Source: an uncultured Sphingomonas sp. (GTDB lineage Bacteria > Pseudomonadota > Alphaproteobacteria > Sphingomonadales > Sphingomonadaceae). From it: DNA of 64,000 bases. Below the pieces are notes generated by a model. It had not been told where the DNA came from. It was given only the letters and a program-made list of their open reading frames with translations, and did not search any database. A program made the position numbers and the translations under genes. Location of the stretch: positions 2,873 to 66,872 of the forward strand of contig NZ_CAJYHX010000017.1 in assembly GCF_913774285.1 (NCBI RefSeq), given 5' to 3'. Below are positions 20,844 to 30,502 of this stretch, in pieces; within the stretch, counting starts at the first letter, position 1; every line of letters starts with the position of its first letter.

Positions 20844-21097
20844 CCCAATACCTTTTGCGCGGCGAAGCGGGTGAGCGTGCCGAAGCTCTCCAGCATCTCG
20901 CCGTCGACTTCGTCGTCTTCGATCAGGATGCCTAGCCGGTCCTCGATCTCGGTCAGCACGCCGGCGACGGCGAGCGAATCGAGTTCGGGCAGGGCGCCGA
21001 ACAGCGGCGTGGTCTCGTCGAACGCGGCAACGCGATCGTCGCTCAACCCGAGCACGTCGCGCAGCACGCCGCGGACGGTGGTTTCGATGTCGAGCAT
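20840..21097 (-). CDS. Acyl carrier protein (exosortase A cluster type)
   Basis: 3' part of ORF 20840..22585: MLDIETTVRGVLRDVLGL...LFGALPELDSLAVAGVLTEIEDRLGILIEDDEV, with DSL phosphopantetheine Ser; 85 aa, acidic. Confidence 0.9.
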   Translation of the reverse strand: MLDIETTVRGVLRDVLGLSDDRVAAFDETTPLFGALPELDSLAVAGVLTEIEDRLGILIEDDEVDGEMLESFGTLTRFAAQKVLG

Positions 21098-21184
21098 GGC
21101 TTCAGGCCGCAATGGGGTTCCCCTGCAAGAAATTTGCGCTTCCGTAAGGCTTGGCGGCGGCGCTGCCAAGACTATGGGTGGTGC

Positions 21185-22672
21185 ATGATCGCGCTCGATC
21201 CTGCCCCGCATCTTATAGACGCGCTGCCGCTGCGTGGCGCGCCGGACGCCGTTGCTTTGGAAGACAAGGCAGGCACGCTGACCTATGCCGAACTGGAGGC
21301 GGCGGTGGGCAGCATGGCGCATGCCCTCGCCGCGCATGGCCTGCCCGCGGGCGAGCGGGTGGCGAGCTGGCTGCCGAAGACCCGCACCGCGTGCCTGCTG
21401 CCGCTGGCCGGTCCCCGCGCGGGACTCGTCCATGTGCCGATCAACCCTGCGCTCAAGCGCGCGCAGGTCGCGCACATCCTGGCGGACAGCGGGGCGCGGC
21501 TGCTGGTGACGCAGCAGGCGCGGCTGGCGGCGCTCGAGCCCGGCGACGTGCCCGCCGATTGCCTGATCGTCACCGAAGAGGAACTGGTCGGCACCGACGC
21601 CCTGCCGCTCGCGAGCGGCGAACCCGATGCGCTGGCGGCGATCCTCTACACGTCGGGGTCGACCGGGCGGCCCAAGGGCGTGATGCTCAGCCACGCCAAT
21701 CTGTGGCTCGGGGCGATCAGCGTCGCGCATTACCTGAAGCTCGCACCGGAGGACCGGGTGCTGGGCGTGCTGCCGCTGAGCTTCGACTATGGCCAGAACC
21801 AGCTTTTCTCGACCTGGGCGGCGGGCGCGCGGGTGGTGCCGCTCGACTATCTCACCGCGCGCGACGTGGTGAAGGCGGTCGGGCGGTTCGGCATCAACAC
21901 GCTGGCGGGGGTGCCGCCGCTCTGGGTGCAACTGCTCGAGGCGGAATGGCCGGAAGAGAACACGGCCTCGCTCAAGCGGCTGACCAATTCCGGCGGCGCG
22001 CTGACCCGGCCCCTGGTGCAGGGACTGCGGACGCGTTTCCCCGGCGCCGACCTCTATCCGATGTACGGCCTGACCGAAGCGTTCCGCTCGACCTATCTCG
22101 ATCCAGGACTGGTTGACAAGCATCCGGAATCCATCGGCCGCGCCATTCCCTTCGCCGAGATCCTTGTCGTCGATGCCGAGGGCCGTCGCGCGCAGCAGGG
22201 CGAACTCGTCCATGCCGGGCCGCTGGTCGCCAAAGGCTATTGGCGCGATCCCGAACGGACCGCGCTGCGCTTCCGCCCGGCACCGGCCTTCGCCGAGCGC
22301 CAGGGCATGGCGGTATGGTCCGGCGATACGGTGACGGAGGATGCCGAGGGGTTGCTGCGCTTCGTCGGCCGTGACGACGAGATGATCAAATCCTCGGGCA
22401 ACCGGATCAGCCCCACCGAGATCGAGGAGGCCGTGGTCGCTGGGGGCGAGACCAGCGAGGCGGTGGCGTTCGGCGTCCCCGACCCGCGTCTTGGCCAGGC
22501 AATCCTGGTCGTCGTACGCGGCGACGGCAGCCGTGAGGACGAACTGCGCGCGCGGCTGCGGCGGGAACTGCCGAGCTTCCAGCAACCGGCGCGCTATGTC
22601 TGGCGGGAAAGCCTGCCGCGCAACGCCAATGGCAAGCTCGATCGGTCCGGGCTGAAGACGGAGATCCTATGA
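21185..22672 (+). CDS. Acyl-CoA ligase (AMP-forming), exosortase A system-associated
   Basis: ILYTSGSTGRPKGVMLSH, YPMYGLTEAFRS, WSGD, GRDDEMIKSSGNRISPTEIEE, LPRNANGKLDR. Confidence 0.9.
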   Translation: MIALDPAPHLIDALPLRGAPDAVALEDKAGTLTYAELEAAVGSMAHALAAHGLPAGERVASWLPKTRTACLLPLAGPRAGLVHVPINPALKRAQVAHILADSGARLLVTQQARLAALEPGDVPADCLIVTEEELVGTDALPLASGEPDALAAILYTSGSTGRPKGVMLSHANLWLGAISVAHYLKLAPEDRVLGVLPLSFDYGQNQLFSTWAAGARVVPLDYLTARDVVKAVGRFGINTLAGVPPLWVQLLEAEWPEENTASLKRLTNSGGALTRPLVQGLRTRFPGADLYPMYGLTEAFRSTYLDPGLVDKHPESIGRAIPFAEILVVDAEGRRAQQGELVHAGPLVAKGYWRDPERTALRFRPAPAFAERQGMAVWSGDTVTEDAEGLLRFVGRDDEMIKSSGNRISPTEIEEAVVAGGETSEAVAFGVPDPRLGQAILVVVRGDGSREDELRARLRRELPSFQQPARYVWRESLPRNANGKLDRSGLKTEIL

Positions 22673-23880
22673 ACGCGAAGCCCACCGGACCCATTCCCGC
22701 CGACTATGCCGTGCAATCGGTGCTGCAGATCTCCGGCCGCAGCGCCCGCGACTGGGCGGAAGCGGGTACGCCGCTCTATCTGTACGACGCGAACGCAGTG
22801 CAGGCGCGGATCGCGCGGTTCCGCGCGGCGATGCCGGACCGGATCGCGCTGCACTATGCGATCAAGGCCAATCCCTTTCCGCCGCTGATCGCCGCCATCG
22901 CTCCCGAGGTCGACGGCATCGACGTCGCCTCGGCGGGCGAGATGGACAAGGCGCTGGCGGTGATGGACGCCTCGGCGATCAGCTTCGCCGGGCCGGGCAA
23001 GCGCGATGCGGAGCTGGAAGCGGCGATCCGCGTAGGGGTGACGCTCAACCTTGAATCCGAGGGCGAAGCCGATCGCGCGCTGGCGATCGGCGATCGGCTG
23101 GGCATCACGCCGCGGCTGGCGGTCCGCGTGAACCCGGACTTCGAGCTGCGCGGCTCCGGCATGAAGATGGGCGGCCGCGCTTCGCCCTTCGGGATCGACG
23201 CCGCGCAGGTGCCCGCGCTCGTTCGGCGGCTGGTGGCAGCCGGCGCCGACTGGCGGGGCTTCCATATCTATGCCGGCTCGCAGGCGCTGTCGGCCGAGGC
23301 GGTAATCGAGACCCAAGCCGCCACCATCGGCCTCGCCGCGCGGCTGGCGGACGAGGCGGGCGCGCTGCCGCCGCTGGTCAACCTCGGCGGCGGCTTCGGC
23401 ATCCCCTATTTCCCCGGCGACCTGCCGCTTGATGTCGAGGCGGTCGGCGCGGCGCTTGCCGGCGAACTGGACCGCCTAGACACGCACTATGCGATCGAGC
23501 TCGGCCGCTGGCTGGTCGGCGAGGCGGGGATCTATCTGGCGCGGGTGATCGACCGCAAGGAGAGCCAGGGCGAGACCTTCCTCGTCGTCGATGGCGGGCT
23601 CCACCACCATCTCGCCGCGACCGGCAATTTCGGTACCGTTGTGCGTCGCAACTATCCCGTCGCCGTCGCGCATCGGATGCAGGACGCGCCGGAGGAGGTG
23701 GTCACCGTGGTCGGCCCGCTCTGCACGCCGCTCGACCGGCTGGCGGATCGCGTGGCGCTGCCCCGTGCCGAGGTAGGCGACCTGATCGCGATCTTCGCCT
23801 CCGGCGCGTACGGCGCCAGCGCCAGCCCGCAGGCGTTCCTCGGCCACCCGCCGGTTCGCGAGCTTCTGGCAGGAGCCTGA
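22669..23880 (+). CDS. PLP-dependent decarboxylase (Orn/DAP/Arg family), exosortase A system-associated
   Basis: HYAIKANP (PLP Lys), SFAGPGK, FHIYAGSQ, NLGGGFG, IELGRWLV, GPLCTPLD, GAYG; ATGA overlap with the ligase. Confidence 0.9.
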   Translation: MNAKPTGPIPADYAVQSVLQISGRSARDWAEAGTPLYLYDANAVQARIARFRAAMPDRIALHYAIKANPFPPLIAAIAPEVDGIDVASAGEMDKALAVMDASAISFAGPGKRDAELEAAIRVGVTLNLESEGEADRALAIGDRLGITPRLAVRVNPDFELRGSGMKMGGRASPFGIDAAQVPALVRRLVAAGADWRGFHIYAGSQALSAEAVIETQAATIGLAARLADEAGALPPLVNLGGGFGIPYFPGDLPLDVEAVGAALAGELDRLDTHYAIELGRWLVGEAGIYLARVIDRKESQGETFLVVDGGLHHHLAATGNFGTVVRRNYPVAVAHRMQDAPEEVVTVVGPLCTPLDRLADRVALPRAEVGDLIAIFASGAYGASASPQAFLGHPPVRELLAGA

Positions 23881-23973
23881 CGCCTAACGCTAAATTTACG
23901 CGTCCTGCGCCATAGCTCGCCGTCCGGCACGGGCGCGCGACACGCCGCCTCGCTGCCGCTTGGAGGCACGGCA

Positions 23974-24615
23974 ATGGCGGTTTCGTTCGGGATCAAGGCG
24001 GCGGCGACGCTGGCGCTGATGGCGCAGCTATCGGCGTGCGGCAGCGGCGGACCGCGTCCCGAGCTGCCCGCCGCGGGCTTCGTCGGCGCCAGGGAAGCGC
24101 CCAGCGACGAATATGTCATCGGCCCGCTCGACCATCTCAGCATCTTCGTGTGGCGGAACCCGGAGATCTCGACCAAGGTCCAGGTGCGCCCCGATGGCCG
24201 CATCACCACGCCCCTGATCAACGACATGCCGGCGGTGGGCAAGACCCCCGCGATGCTCGCCGACGACCTGAAGCTGGCGCTCAGCGAATATATCAAGGAC
24301 CCGATCGTCTCGGTGATCGTCGAGAATTTCTCGGGGACGTTCAGCCAGCAGATCCGCGTGGTCGGCGCGACCGAGAAGCCTGCCTCGCTGCCGTACCGCG
24401 CCAACATGTCGATCCTCGACGCGATGATCGCGGTAGGCGGCCTCAACGAATTCGCTGCAGGTAACCGCGCGCGGCTGGTGCGCTACGATCCGCAGACCGG
24501 CAAGCAGCGCGAGTTCAAGCTCCGCCTCTCCGATCTCCTGAAGAACGGCGACACCTCCGCAAACGTCCGGCTGGAGCCGGGCGACGTGATCATCATCCCG
24601 CAGAGCATGTTCTGA
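23974..24615 (+). CDS. Polysaccharide export lipoprotein (Wza-like, XrtA/PEP-CTERM type)
   Basis: Lipobox LSA-C, EYVIGPLDHLSIFVWRNPE, VRPDGRITTPLI, GGLNEFA, LEPGDVIIIP. Confidence 0.92.
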   Translation: MAVSFGIKAAATLALMAQLSACGSGGPRPELPAAGFVGAREAPSDEYVIGPLDHLSIFVWRNPEISTKVQVRPDGRITTPLINDMPAVGKTPAMLADDLKLALSEYIKDPIVSVIVENFSGTFSQQIRVVGATEKPASLPYRANMSILDAMIAVGGLNEFAAGNRARLVRYDPQTGKQREFKLRLSDLLKNGDTSANVRLEPGDVIIIPQSMF

Positions 24616-26135
24616 TGGGAAGCCTGTTCGACGAGGTCCGCAGCGCGATCCACGCGGTGTGGATGCGCCGCACGCTCGCGCTGGCGATCGCCTGGGTGGT
24701 ATGCGTGGTCGGCTGGGTGGCGGTGTCGCGCATCCCGGACAGCTATGAGTCCAAGGCGCGCGTGCTCGTCGAGCTGCGCCAGGTGCTGCCGAACGATGGC
24801 GGCGTGGCGGCCGCGGGCCAGCAGCAGGACATCGACCGCATCCGCCAGACGCTCACCAGTTCGGTGAACCTCGAAAAGGTCGTCCGCGGCACCGATCTGG
24901 CGAAGACGATCACCAAGCCGGCGGATCTGGCCGCGCGCATTGCCGGGCTGCAAAAGGCGATCAAGCTCACCGCCCAGCAGGACAATCTGTTCGAGATCGC
25001 GGTGACCGGCGCCGATCCGGCGATCTGCCGCCAGGTCGTCGAGAAGCTGATCGCGCTGTTCCGCGACAACAAGCTCGCCGACAGCCGCGACGAGAGCAGC
25101 CAGTCGCTCGCCTTTCTCGACCAGCAACTCGCCGAGCGCCAGCAGGCGCTGCAGGCGGCGGAGACCAAGCGCGCCGAATTCCAGTCGCGCTTCCTCGGCA
25201 GCCTGCCGGGCACCGGCTCGCTCGACGACCGGATCGGCGCGGCGCAGCAGCAGCTCCAGCAGATCGAAAGCGATCTCGCGGCGGCGCAGAGCGGCCTGAG
25301 CGCCGTCAACGCGCAGATGGCGGGGACGCCGGCCAGCGTGGCGGGGCAGGGTGGCGGTCCGGTAGGAACCGGCCCGGCGCGCGCCCGGCTCGCGGACCTG
25401 CAGGCGCAGCTTTCCGATGCCCGCGCGCGTGGCTTCACCGAGGCGCATCCGGACGTGGTCGCACTCAAGCGGCAGATTGCAGGGGCTCAGGCCGCCGCGG
25501 CGCGCGAGCCGAGCGGTGTTGGGGGCGGAGGCAGCTTCGCCAATCCGCTCTACCTCAGCCTGCGTTCGATGCAGGCCGACAAGGCCGCGCAGGTCGCAGC
25601 CCTCAGCCAACGCCGCGCGCAGATCCAGGGCGATCTCGCGGCGCTCAACGCCAAGCTGACCCAGGCGCCGCAGGCGGCCTCCGAGCAGGGGCAGATCGAC
25701 CGCGACTATCAGGTGCTCAAGGACCAGTATGCCAAGCTGCTCGCCGATCGCGAACAGCTGCGGATCAGCAGCCAGGCGCAGAGCCAGACCGATGCGGTGA
25801 AGTTCAGCGTCATCGACCCGCCGACCCAGCCGCGCAGCCCGAGTTCGCCCAACCGGCCGATGCTCCTCACCGCCGTGCTGGTCGCGGGGCTGGGCGCGGG
25901 CGTGGCGGCGGCATTCCTGCTCTCCAAACTGCGGACCACCTTCGACACTGCGACACGGCTCGAGCGCGCCAGCGGGATGCCGGTGATCGGCTCGATCGGC
26001 GAGGTGGTCACGCCCCGGCAGCGGGCGCGTCGCCGCAAGCAGCTCCAGCACTTCCTCGGCGGCGTAGCAGGCTTGGGCGTCGCCTATGCCGCGATCCTGC
26101 TGGTCGGCATGCTTCACCATGCTGCGGGGGCCTGA
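24615..26135 (+). CDS. Polysaccharide chain-length determinant (Wzc N-terminal/Wzz-like)
   Basis: N-terminal TM with PDSYESKARV, long coiled coils, FTEAHPDVV, C-terminal FSVIDPPTQP..PNRP plus TM. Confidence 0.9.
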   Translation: MGSLFDEVRSAIHAVWMRRTLALAIAWVVCVVGWVAVSRIPDSYESKARVLVELRQVLPNDGGVAAAGQQQDIDRIRQTLTSSVNLEKVVRGTDLAKTITKPADLAARIAGLQKAIKLTAQQDNLFEIAVTGADPAICRQVVEKLIALFRDNKLADSRDESSQSLAFLDQQLAERQQALQAAETKRAEFQSRFLGSLPGTGSLDDRIGAAQQQLQQIESDLAAAQSGLSAVNAQMAGTPASVAGQGGGPVGTGPARARLADLQAQLSDARARGFTEAHPDVVALKRQIAGAQAAAAREPSGVGGGGSFANPLYLSLRSMQADKAAQVAALSQRRAQIQGDLAALNAKLTQAPQAASEQGQIDRDYQVLKDQYAKLLADREQLRISSQAQSQTDAVKFSVIDPPTQPRSPSSPNRPMLLTAVLVAGLGAGVAAAFLLSKLRTTFDTATRLERASGMPVIGSIGEVVTPRQRARRRKQLQHFLGGVAGLGVAYAAILLVGMLHHAAGA

Positions 26136-26138
26136 GCG

Positions 26139-26993
26139 ATGAACGAACACAGCCCCAAGCGCTTCACCGGCTCGTTGATCCAGCGCGCGATCGCGATGAT
26201 GCCGGCACTGCCAGCGGAGGAGGCGCCCGCCAAGTCGCAGTCGGCACCACCCGTGCAGGATCGCCCGATGGTGCCGATCGACCGCAACCGTTTGGCCGCG
26301 GCCGGCATGCTGGTGCCCGGAGGCCCGATCACCCCGCTCGCCGAGGAGTTCCGCATGGTGAAGCGGCAGCTGCTGCTCACCGCGCGCGGCGTCGCCGGCG
26401 TCGATGCCGATCGCGCGCGGATGATCCTGGTCTGCTCGGCCCAGCCCGACGAAGGCAAAACCTTCTGCGCGATCAATCTCGCGCTCTCGATGGCGGCCGA
26501 GAAGGATGTCGAGATCCTTCTGGTCGACGCCGATTTCGCCAAGCCCGACGTCTCCAAGCGGCTCGGCATGGGCGAGGGGCCGGGGCTGCTCGATGCGCTC
26601 GATGGCCAGATCGATGTCGAGGCCTGCATCGTCGATACCGACGTGCCGCAGCTCGCGATCCTGCCCGCCGGCACCCGTAGCGTGAGCGATACCGAGTTGC
26701 TCGCGAGCGACGGTGCGCGGGCGATGCTCGATCGTCTGGCGGCGGCCAATCCGCGCCGCATCGTGATCTTCGATTCGCCGCCGGCGCTCGCGGCATCCCC
26801 GGCCTCGGTGCTGGCGCTGCATGTCGGCCAGACGATGATGGTGGTCCGCGCCGACCGCACCAGCGAGGAGGACCTGCGCGCCGCGGTCGCTGCGCTCGAT
26901 GGGTGCGAGCATATCCAGCTCGTCCTCAACGCGGTGTCATTCCAGCCTTCGGGCCGTCGTTTCGGCAGCTATTACGCGCAGGCGGGCCGGTGA
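26139..26993 (+). CDS. Tyrosine autokinase-like P-loop protein (split Wzc C-terminal domain)
   Basis: AEEFRMVKR, SAQPDEGKTF, LLVDADFAKP, VIFDSPP, C-terminal FGSYY. Confidence 0.88.
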   Translation: MNEHSPKRFTGSLIQRAIAMMPALPAEEAPAKSQSAPPVQDRPMVPIDRNRLAAAGMLVPGGPITPLAEEFRMVKRQLLLTARGVAGVDADRARMILVCSAQPDEGKTFCAINLALSMAAEKDVEILLVDADFAKPDVSKRLGMGEGPGLLDALDGQIDVEACIVDTDVPQLAILPAGTRSVSDTELLASDGARAMLDRLAAANPRRIVIFDSPPALAASPASVLALHVGQTMMVVRADRTSEEDLRAAVAALDGCEHIQLVLNAVSFQPSGRRFGSYYAQAGR

Positions 26994-28576
26994 TCCGTGG
27001 CGCGATCGTGCTGGCCGTCTGCGCCGCCGCGATCGTGCCCGCGGCCGCCCAGCGGCGCGCGACCGTCACCCCCTATATTGAGGTGAGCCAGGTCGCCACC
27101 GCCGAACTCAACGGCGGGGAGACGCTGACCTACTCGCAGCTCGGTGCCGGGCTCGACGGCAGCATCCGTACGCGTCGGGTGCAGTTGCAGGTGAGCTACC
27201 AGTATCAGCACCGCTTCACCGAGAAGGGCAGCCTGCAATCGGGCGACAGTCACAATGGCCTCGCCCAGGCGCGCATCACCGCCGCCCGCGGGCTGACGCT
27301 GGAGGCCGGTGCCGTCGCCACCCGTACCCGCACCGATGCGCGCGGCGATGCGCTGACCGGCAACGCCGCCAACGCGCGCAACCTGAGCCAGCTCTATTCG
27401 GGCACTATCGGTCCCAAGCTCGACACCCATGCCGGGCCGCTGTTCGTGCAGGGCGCCTATCGCTTCGGCTTTACCAAGGTCGACGACGGTACTGCGGCCG
27501 GCGTTTCCGCGACGCTGCCGCAGGTCGATCGCTTCGACCATTCCACCTCGCACGCAGTGAATGCCAGCATCGGCGCAAAGCCCGGCGCCGTCCTACCGAT
27601 CGGGCTCAGCGTCACCGGCGGGCTGGTGCGCGAAAATGCCAGCCAGCTCGACCAGCATTTTGCCAGCAGTTCGGGGCGCGGCGACGCGATCGCGCCGATC
27701 AGCCGCACCGTCGCGCTGGTCGGCGGCGCGGGGTACGAGCAGATCACCGTCCGTCAGCGCGATCCGCTGCTCGGCACCGACGGCAGGCCGGTGGTCGACG
27801 GGGCGGGGCGCTATGTCACCGATCCGGCATCGCCCGTGCGGATCGCCTATGATTTTGATGGCATGTTCTGGGACGGCGGTGTGCTCTGGCGTCCGAGCCG
27901 GCGGACCGCGCTCGAGGTACGGATCGGCCGCCGCTACGGGGCGATGCGCTATACCGGCAGCTTCACCTTCCAGCGGAACAACGGCAGCGGCATCCAGGTC
28001 GCGGTGTACGATACGGTCGAGACCTATGGCCAACAGGTCGGCGGCAGCCTCGCGGCGCTGCCGGTAGGCTTCGTCACCACCGCCGATCCGTTCGGTGTGC
28101 AGGCCGGCGCCTGCATCTACGGCACCAGCGGCGCGGCGGCGGGCGGCTGCATCGCCGGCGCTTTCTCCTCGGCGGCGACCGCAGCCTATCGCGGCCGCGG
28201 GATGACCGCCAATGCGGTGTGGAGCCGCGGCACGACGCGGCTCGGCGTGGGCGGCGGCTTTGCCCGACGTGACTTCCTCACCCCCATTGCCGCGAACGCA
28301 ACCGGCGGCAGCTGGGACGAGAGCTTCTATGCCCAGGCCTTTGCCGCGCTCGCCGCTGGCCGGGACGGAACGGTCGGGCTGAACCTGCTCGCCAGCTATT
28401 ATGACGGCGACATCCCCGGCAGCACCGCGGTGTTCGGCTGGGGCGCCAATACCGCCTATACCCGCCGCCTGGGGCATCTGAGCCTCACCGCAACGGCGGG
28501 CATCTACGGCTCGATGCGCGACGGCCCCGACCAGGCATCGGCACAGGCGCTGATCGGAGCGCGCTATGGTTTTTGA
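26990..28576 (+). CDS. Outer-membrane beta-barrel protein of the PEP-CTERM polysaccharide locus (TIGR03016-like)
   Basis: GTG start overlapping the upstream stop, signal peptide, VTPYIEVSQV, alternating beta-strand pattern, C-terminal ARYGF. Confidence 0.75.
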   Translation: MIRGAIVLAVCAAAIVPAAAQRRATVTPYIEVSQVATAELNGGETLTYSQLGAGLDGSIRTRRVQLQVSYQYQHRFTEKGSLQSGDSHNGLAQARITAARGLTLEAGAVATRTRTDARGDALTGNAANARNLSQLYSGTIGPKLDTHAGPLFVQGAYRFGFTKVDDGTAAGVSATLPQVDRFDHSTSHAVNASIGAKPGAVLPIGLSVTGGLVRENASQLDQHFASSSGRGDAIAPISRTVALVGGAGYEQITVRQRDPLLGTDGRPVVDGAGRYVTDPASPVRIAYDFDGMFWDGGVLWRPSRRTALEVRIGRRYGAMRYTGSFTFQRNNGSGIQVAVYDTVETYGQQVGGSLAALPVGFVTTADPFGVQAGACIYGTSGAAAGGCIAGAFSSAATAAYRGRGMTANAVWSRGTTRLGVGGGFARRDFLTPIAANATGGSWDESFYAQAFAALAAGRDGTVGLNLLASYYDGDIPGSTAVFGWGANTAYTRRLGHLSLTATAGIYGSMRDGPDQASAQALIGARYGF

Positions 28577-28588
28577 GAGACTGCACGC

Positions 28589-29653
28589 ATGATGGACGAT
28601 CATTACGGGCTGCGCGGCCGGCCGTTCCAGCTGACCCCTGATCCGCGCTTCTGGTTCGATACCGCCACGCACGGCAAGGCGATGGCCTATCTCGGCTATG
28701 GCCTCAGCCAAGGGGAGGGCTTCGTCGTCATCACCGGCGATCCGGGCGCGGGCAAGACCACGCTGCTCGGCCATCTGCTGGCAGAGCTGGACGGCGAACG
28801 GCTCAACGTGATCAAGATCGTTTCCACCCATTTGCGCGCCGACGACATGCTGCGGCTGGTAGCGCAGGGGCTCGGTCTGCCGGGGGATGATCTCTCTAAG
28901 GCCGCGCTGCTGCTGGCGATCGAGCGCGGGCTCCACGAGGTCGCCCGCGCCGGGCGCCGCACGCTGCTGGTGGTGGACGAGGCGCAGGCACTGCCGGGCG
29001 AGAGCCTGGACGAGCTGCGCATGCTCTCCAACTTCCAGGCCGGCGGCTATCCGCTGCTCCAGATCTTCCTGCTCGGCCAGCCCGAGTTTCGGCTGGTGCT
29101 CCAGCAGCCCGCCTTCGAGCAGCTGCGCCAGCGGGTGATCGCGATGCACCACCTCGCCCCGATGGAGGTGGAGGAGGTCGAGGCCTATCTGATGCACCGG
29201 CTGATGCTGGTCGGCTGGAGCGGCCGCCCGCGCTTCACCGCCGATGCGCTGGCGGCGATGCACCGCTGGTCGGGCGGCATCCCGCGCCGGCTCAACCAGC
29301 TGGCGAGCCGGGTGCTGATGTATGGCGCGGTCGAGCAGATCGAGAATTTCGGCGCGCCCGATGTCGCCGCGGTGATCGAGGATATCGAGCAGGAGGACGT
29401 GATCGAACCGGCCGCCGAGCCGACGGGCGAATCCGCCCCGCTGCGCCCGAGCCGCGTTGCCGCGCTGCGCGCGGTGCCGGAGGGCTCGGCAGAGACTCGG
29501 GCGCTCGAGCGCCGCGTCGCCGAGCTGGAGGCGCAGGTCGCCTCGCAGTCCGATGCGCTGCGCCGCGTGCTCTCGCTGCTGGTTGACTGGGTGGAGAAGG
29601 ATGAGGGCCGCAGCGGCATCGATCTCGACGCCCTGCGCGGTAGTGCTGCCTGA
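28589..29653 (+). CDS. ExeA-like AAA ATPase, XrtA/PEP-CTERM-associated
   Basis: YGLRGRPFQLTPDPRFWF, ITGDPGAGKTT, LVVDEAQ, LLGQPE, SGGIPRRLN. Confidence 0.92.
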   Translation: MMDDHYGLRGRPFQLTPDPRFWFDTATHGKAMAYLGYGLSQGEGFVVITGDPGAGKTTLLGHLLAELDGERLNVIKIVSTHLRADDMLRLVAQGLGLPGDDLSKAALLLAIERGLHEVARAGRRTLLVVDEAQALPGESLDELRMLSNFQAGGYPLLQIFLLGQPEFRLVLQQPAFEQLRQRVIAMHHLAPMEVEEVEAYLMHRLMLVGWSGRPRFTADALAAMHRWSGGIPRRLNQLASRVLMYGAVEQIENFGAPDVAAVIEDIEQEDVIEPAAEPTGESAPLRPSRVAALRAVPEGSAETRALERRVAELEAQVASQSDALRRVLSLLVDWVEKDEGRSGIDLDALRGSAA

Positions 29654-29656
29654 GCC

Positions 29657-30502
29657 ATGGGCGTGCGCAACGGCCTGTCGGTCGACGTCGAGGACTGGTT
29701 CCAGGTCGGCGCCTTCGAGACCACGATCGCGCGCGGTGACTGGGACGGGCTGGAGCGGCGCGTCGAGGCCAATACCGATCGCGTGCTGGCGCTGTTCGCG
29801 GAAGCGGGGGTGCTGGGCACCTTCTTCACGCTCGGCTGGGTGGCGGAGCGTCATCCGAAGCTGATTCGCCGCATCGCCGAGGCCGGGCACGAAGTCGCCA
29901 GCCATGGCTGGGACCATGCCCGCGTCTTCACGCTGACCCCCGACCAGTTCCGCGAGGATCTCGCCCGCGCCCGCGCCGCACTGGAGGATGCCGCGGGCGT
30001 CGCGGTGAACGGCTATCGCGCGCCGAGCTTCTCGATCGACCGGCGCACCCCCTGGGCGCATGCGGTGCTGGCCGAGGCGGACTATTGCTACTCGTCGAGC
30101 ATCGCGCCGATCGCGCATGACCATTATGGCTGGCCCGATGCGCCGCGCGCGCCGTTCCGGCCGCTGCCCGACGCGGGGCTGATCGAGCTGCCGATCACGA
30201 TCGCGCGGGTGCTGGGGCGCGAGGTCACCGCAGGCGGCGGCTTCTTCCGGCTGCTGCCGCAGGGCGTCACCGACCGCGCGATCCGCGCCGCCAACGGGAG
30301 AGGCGAGGCGGCGATGTTCTATTTCCATCCCTGGGAGATCGACCCCGGCCAGCCGCGGGTCCGCGGGGCGCCGCTCAAGTCGCGCCTGCGCCATTGTGCC
30401 CGACTGGGTGCGATGCAGGGCAAGCTGCGGACCCTGCTCGGGACGCACGACTGGGGCCGGGTGGATGCCATCGCCGCGCAGGCGGCGGAGCGGCTGGCGT
30501 GA
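29657..30502 (+). CDS. Polysaccharide deacetylase, XrtA system type
   Basis: LSVDVEDWFQV, TFFTLGWVAE, HEVASHG, GYRAPSFS, FYFHPWEIDP. Confidence 0.92.
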   Translation: MGVRNGLSVDVEDWFQVGAFETTIARGDWDGLERRVEANTDRVLALFAEAGVLGTFFTLGWVAERHPKLIRRIAEAGHEVASHGWDHARVFTLTPDQFREDLARARAALEDAAGVAVNGYRAPSFSIDRRTPWAHAVLAEADYCYSSSIAPIAHDHYGWPDAPRAPFRPLPDAGLIELPITIARVLGREVTAGGGFFRLLPQGVTDRAIRAANGRGEAAMFYFHPWEIDPGQPRVRGAPLKSRLRHCARLGAMQGKLRTLLGTHDWGRVDAIAAQAAERLA

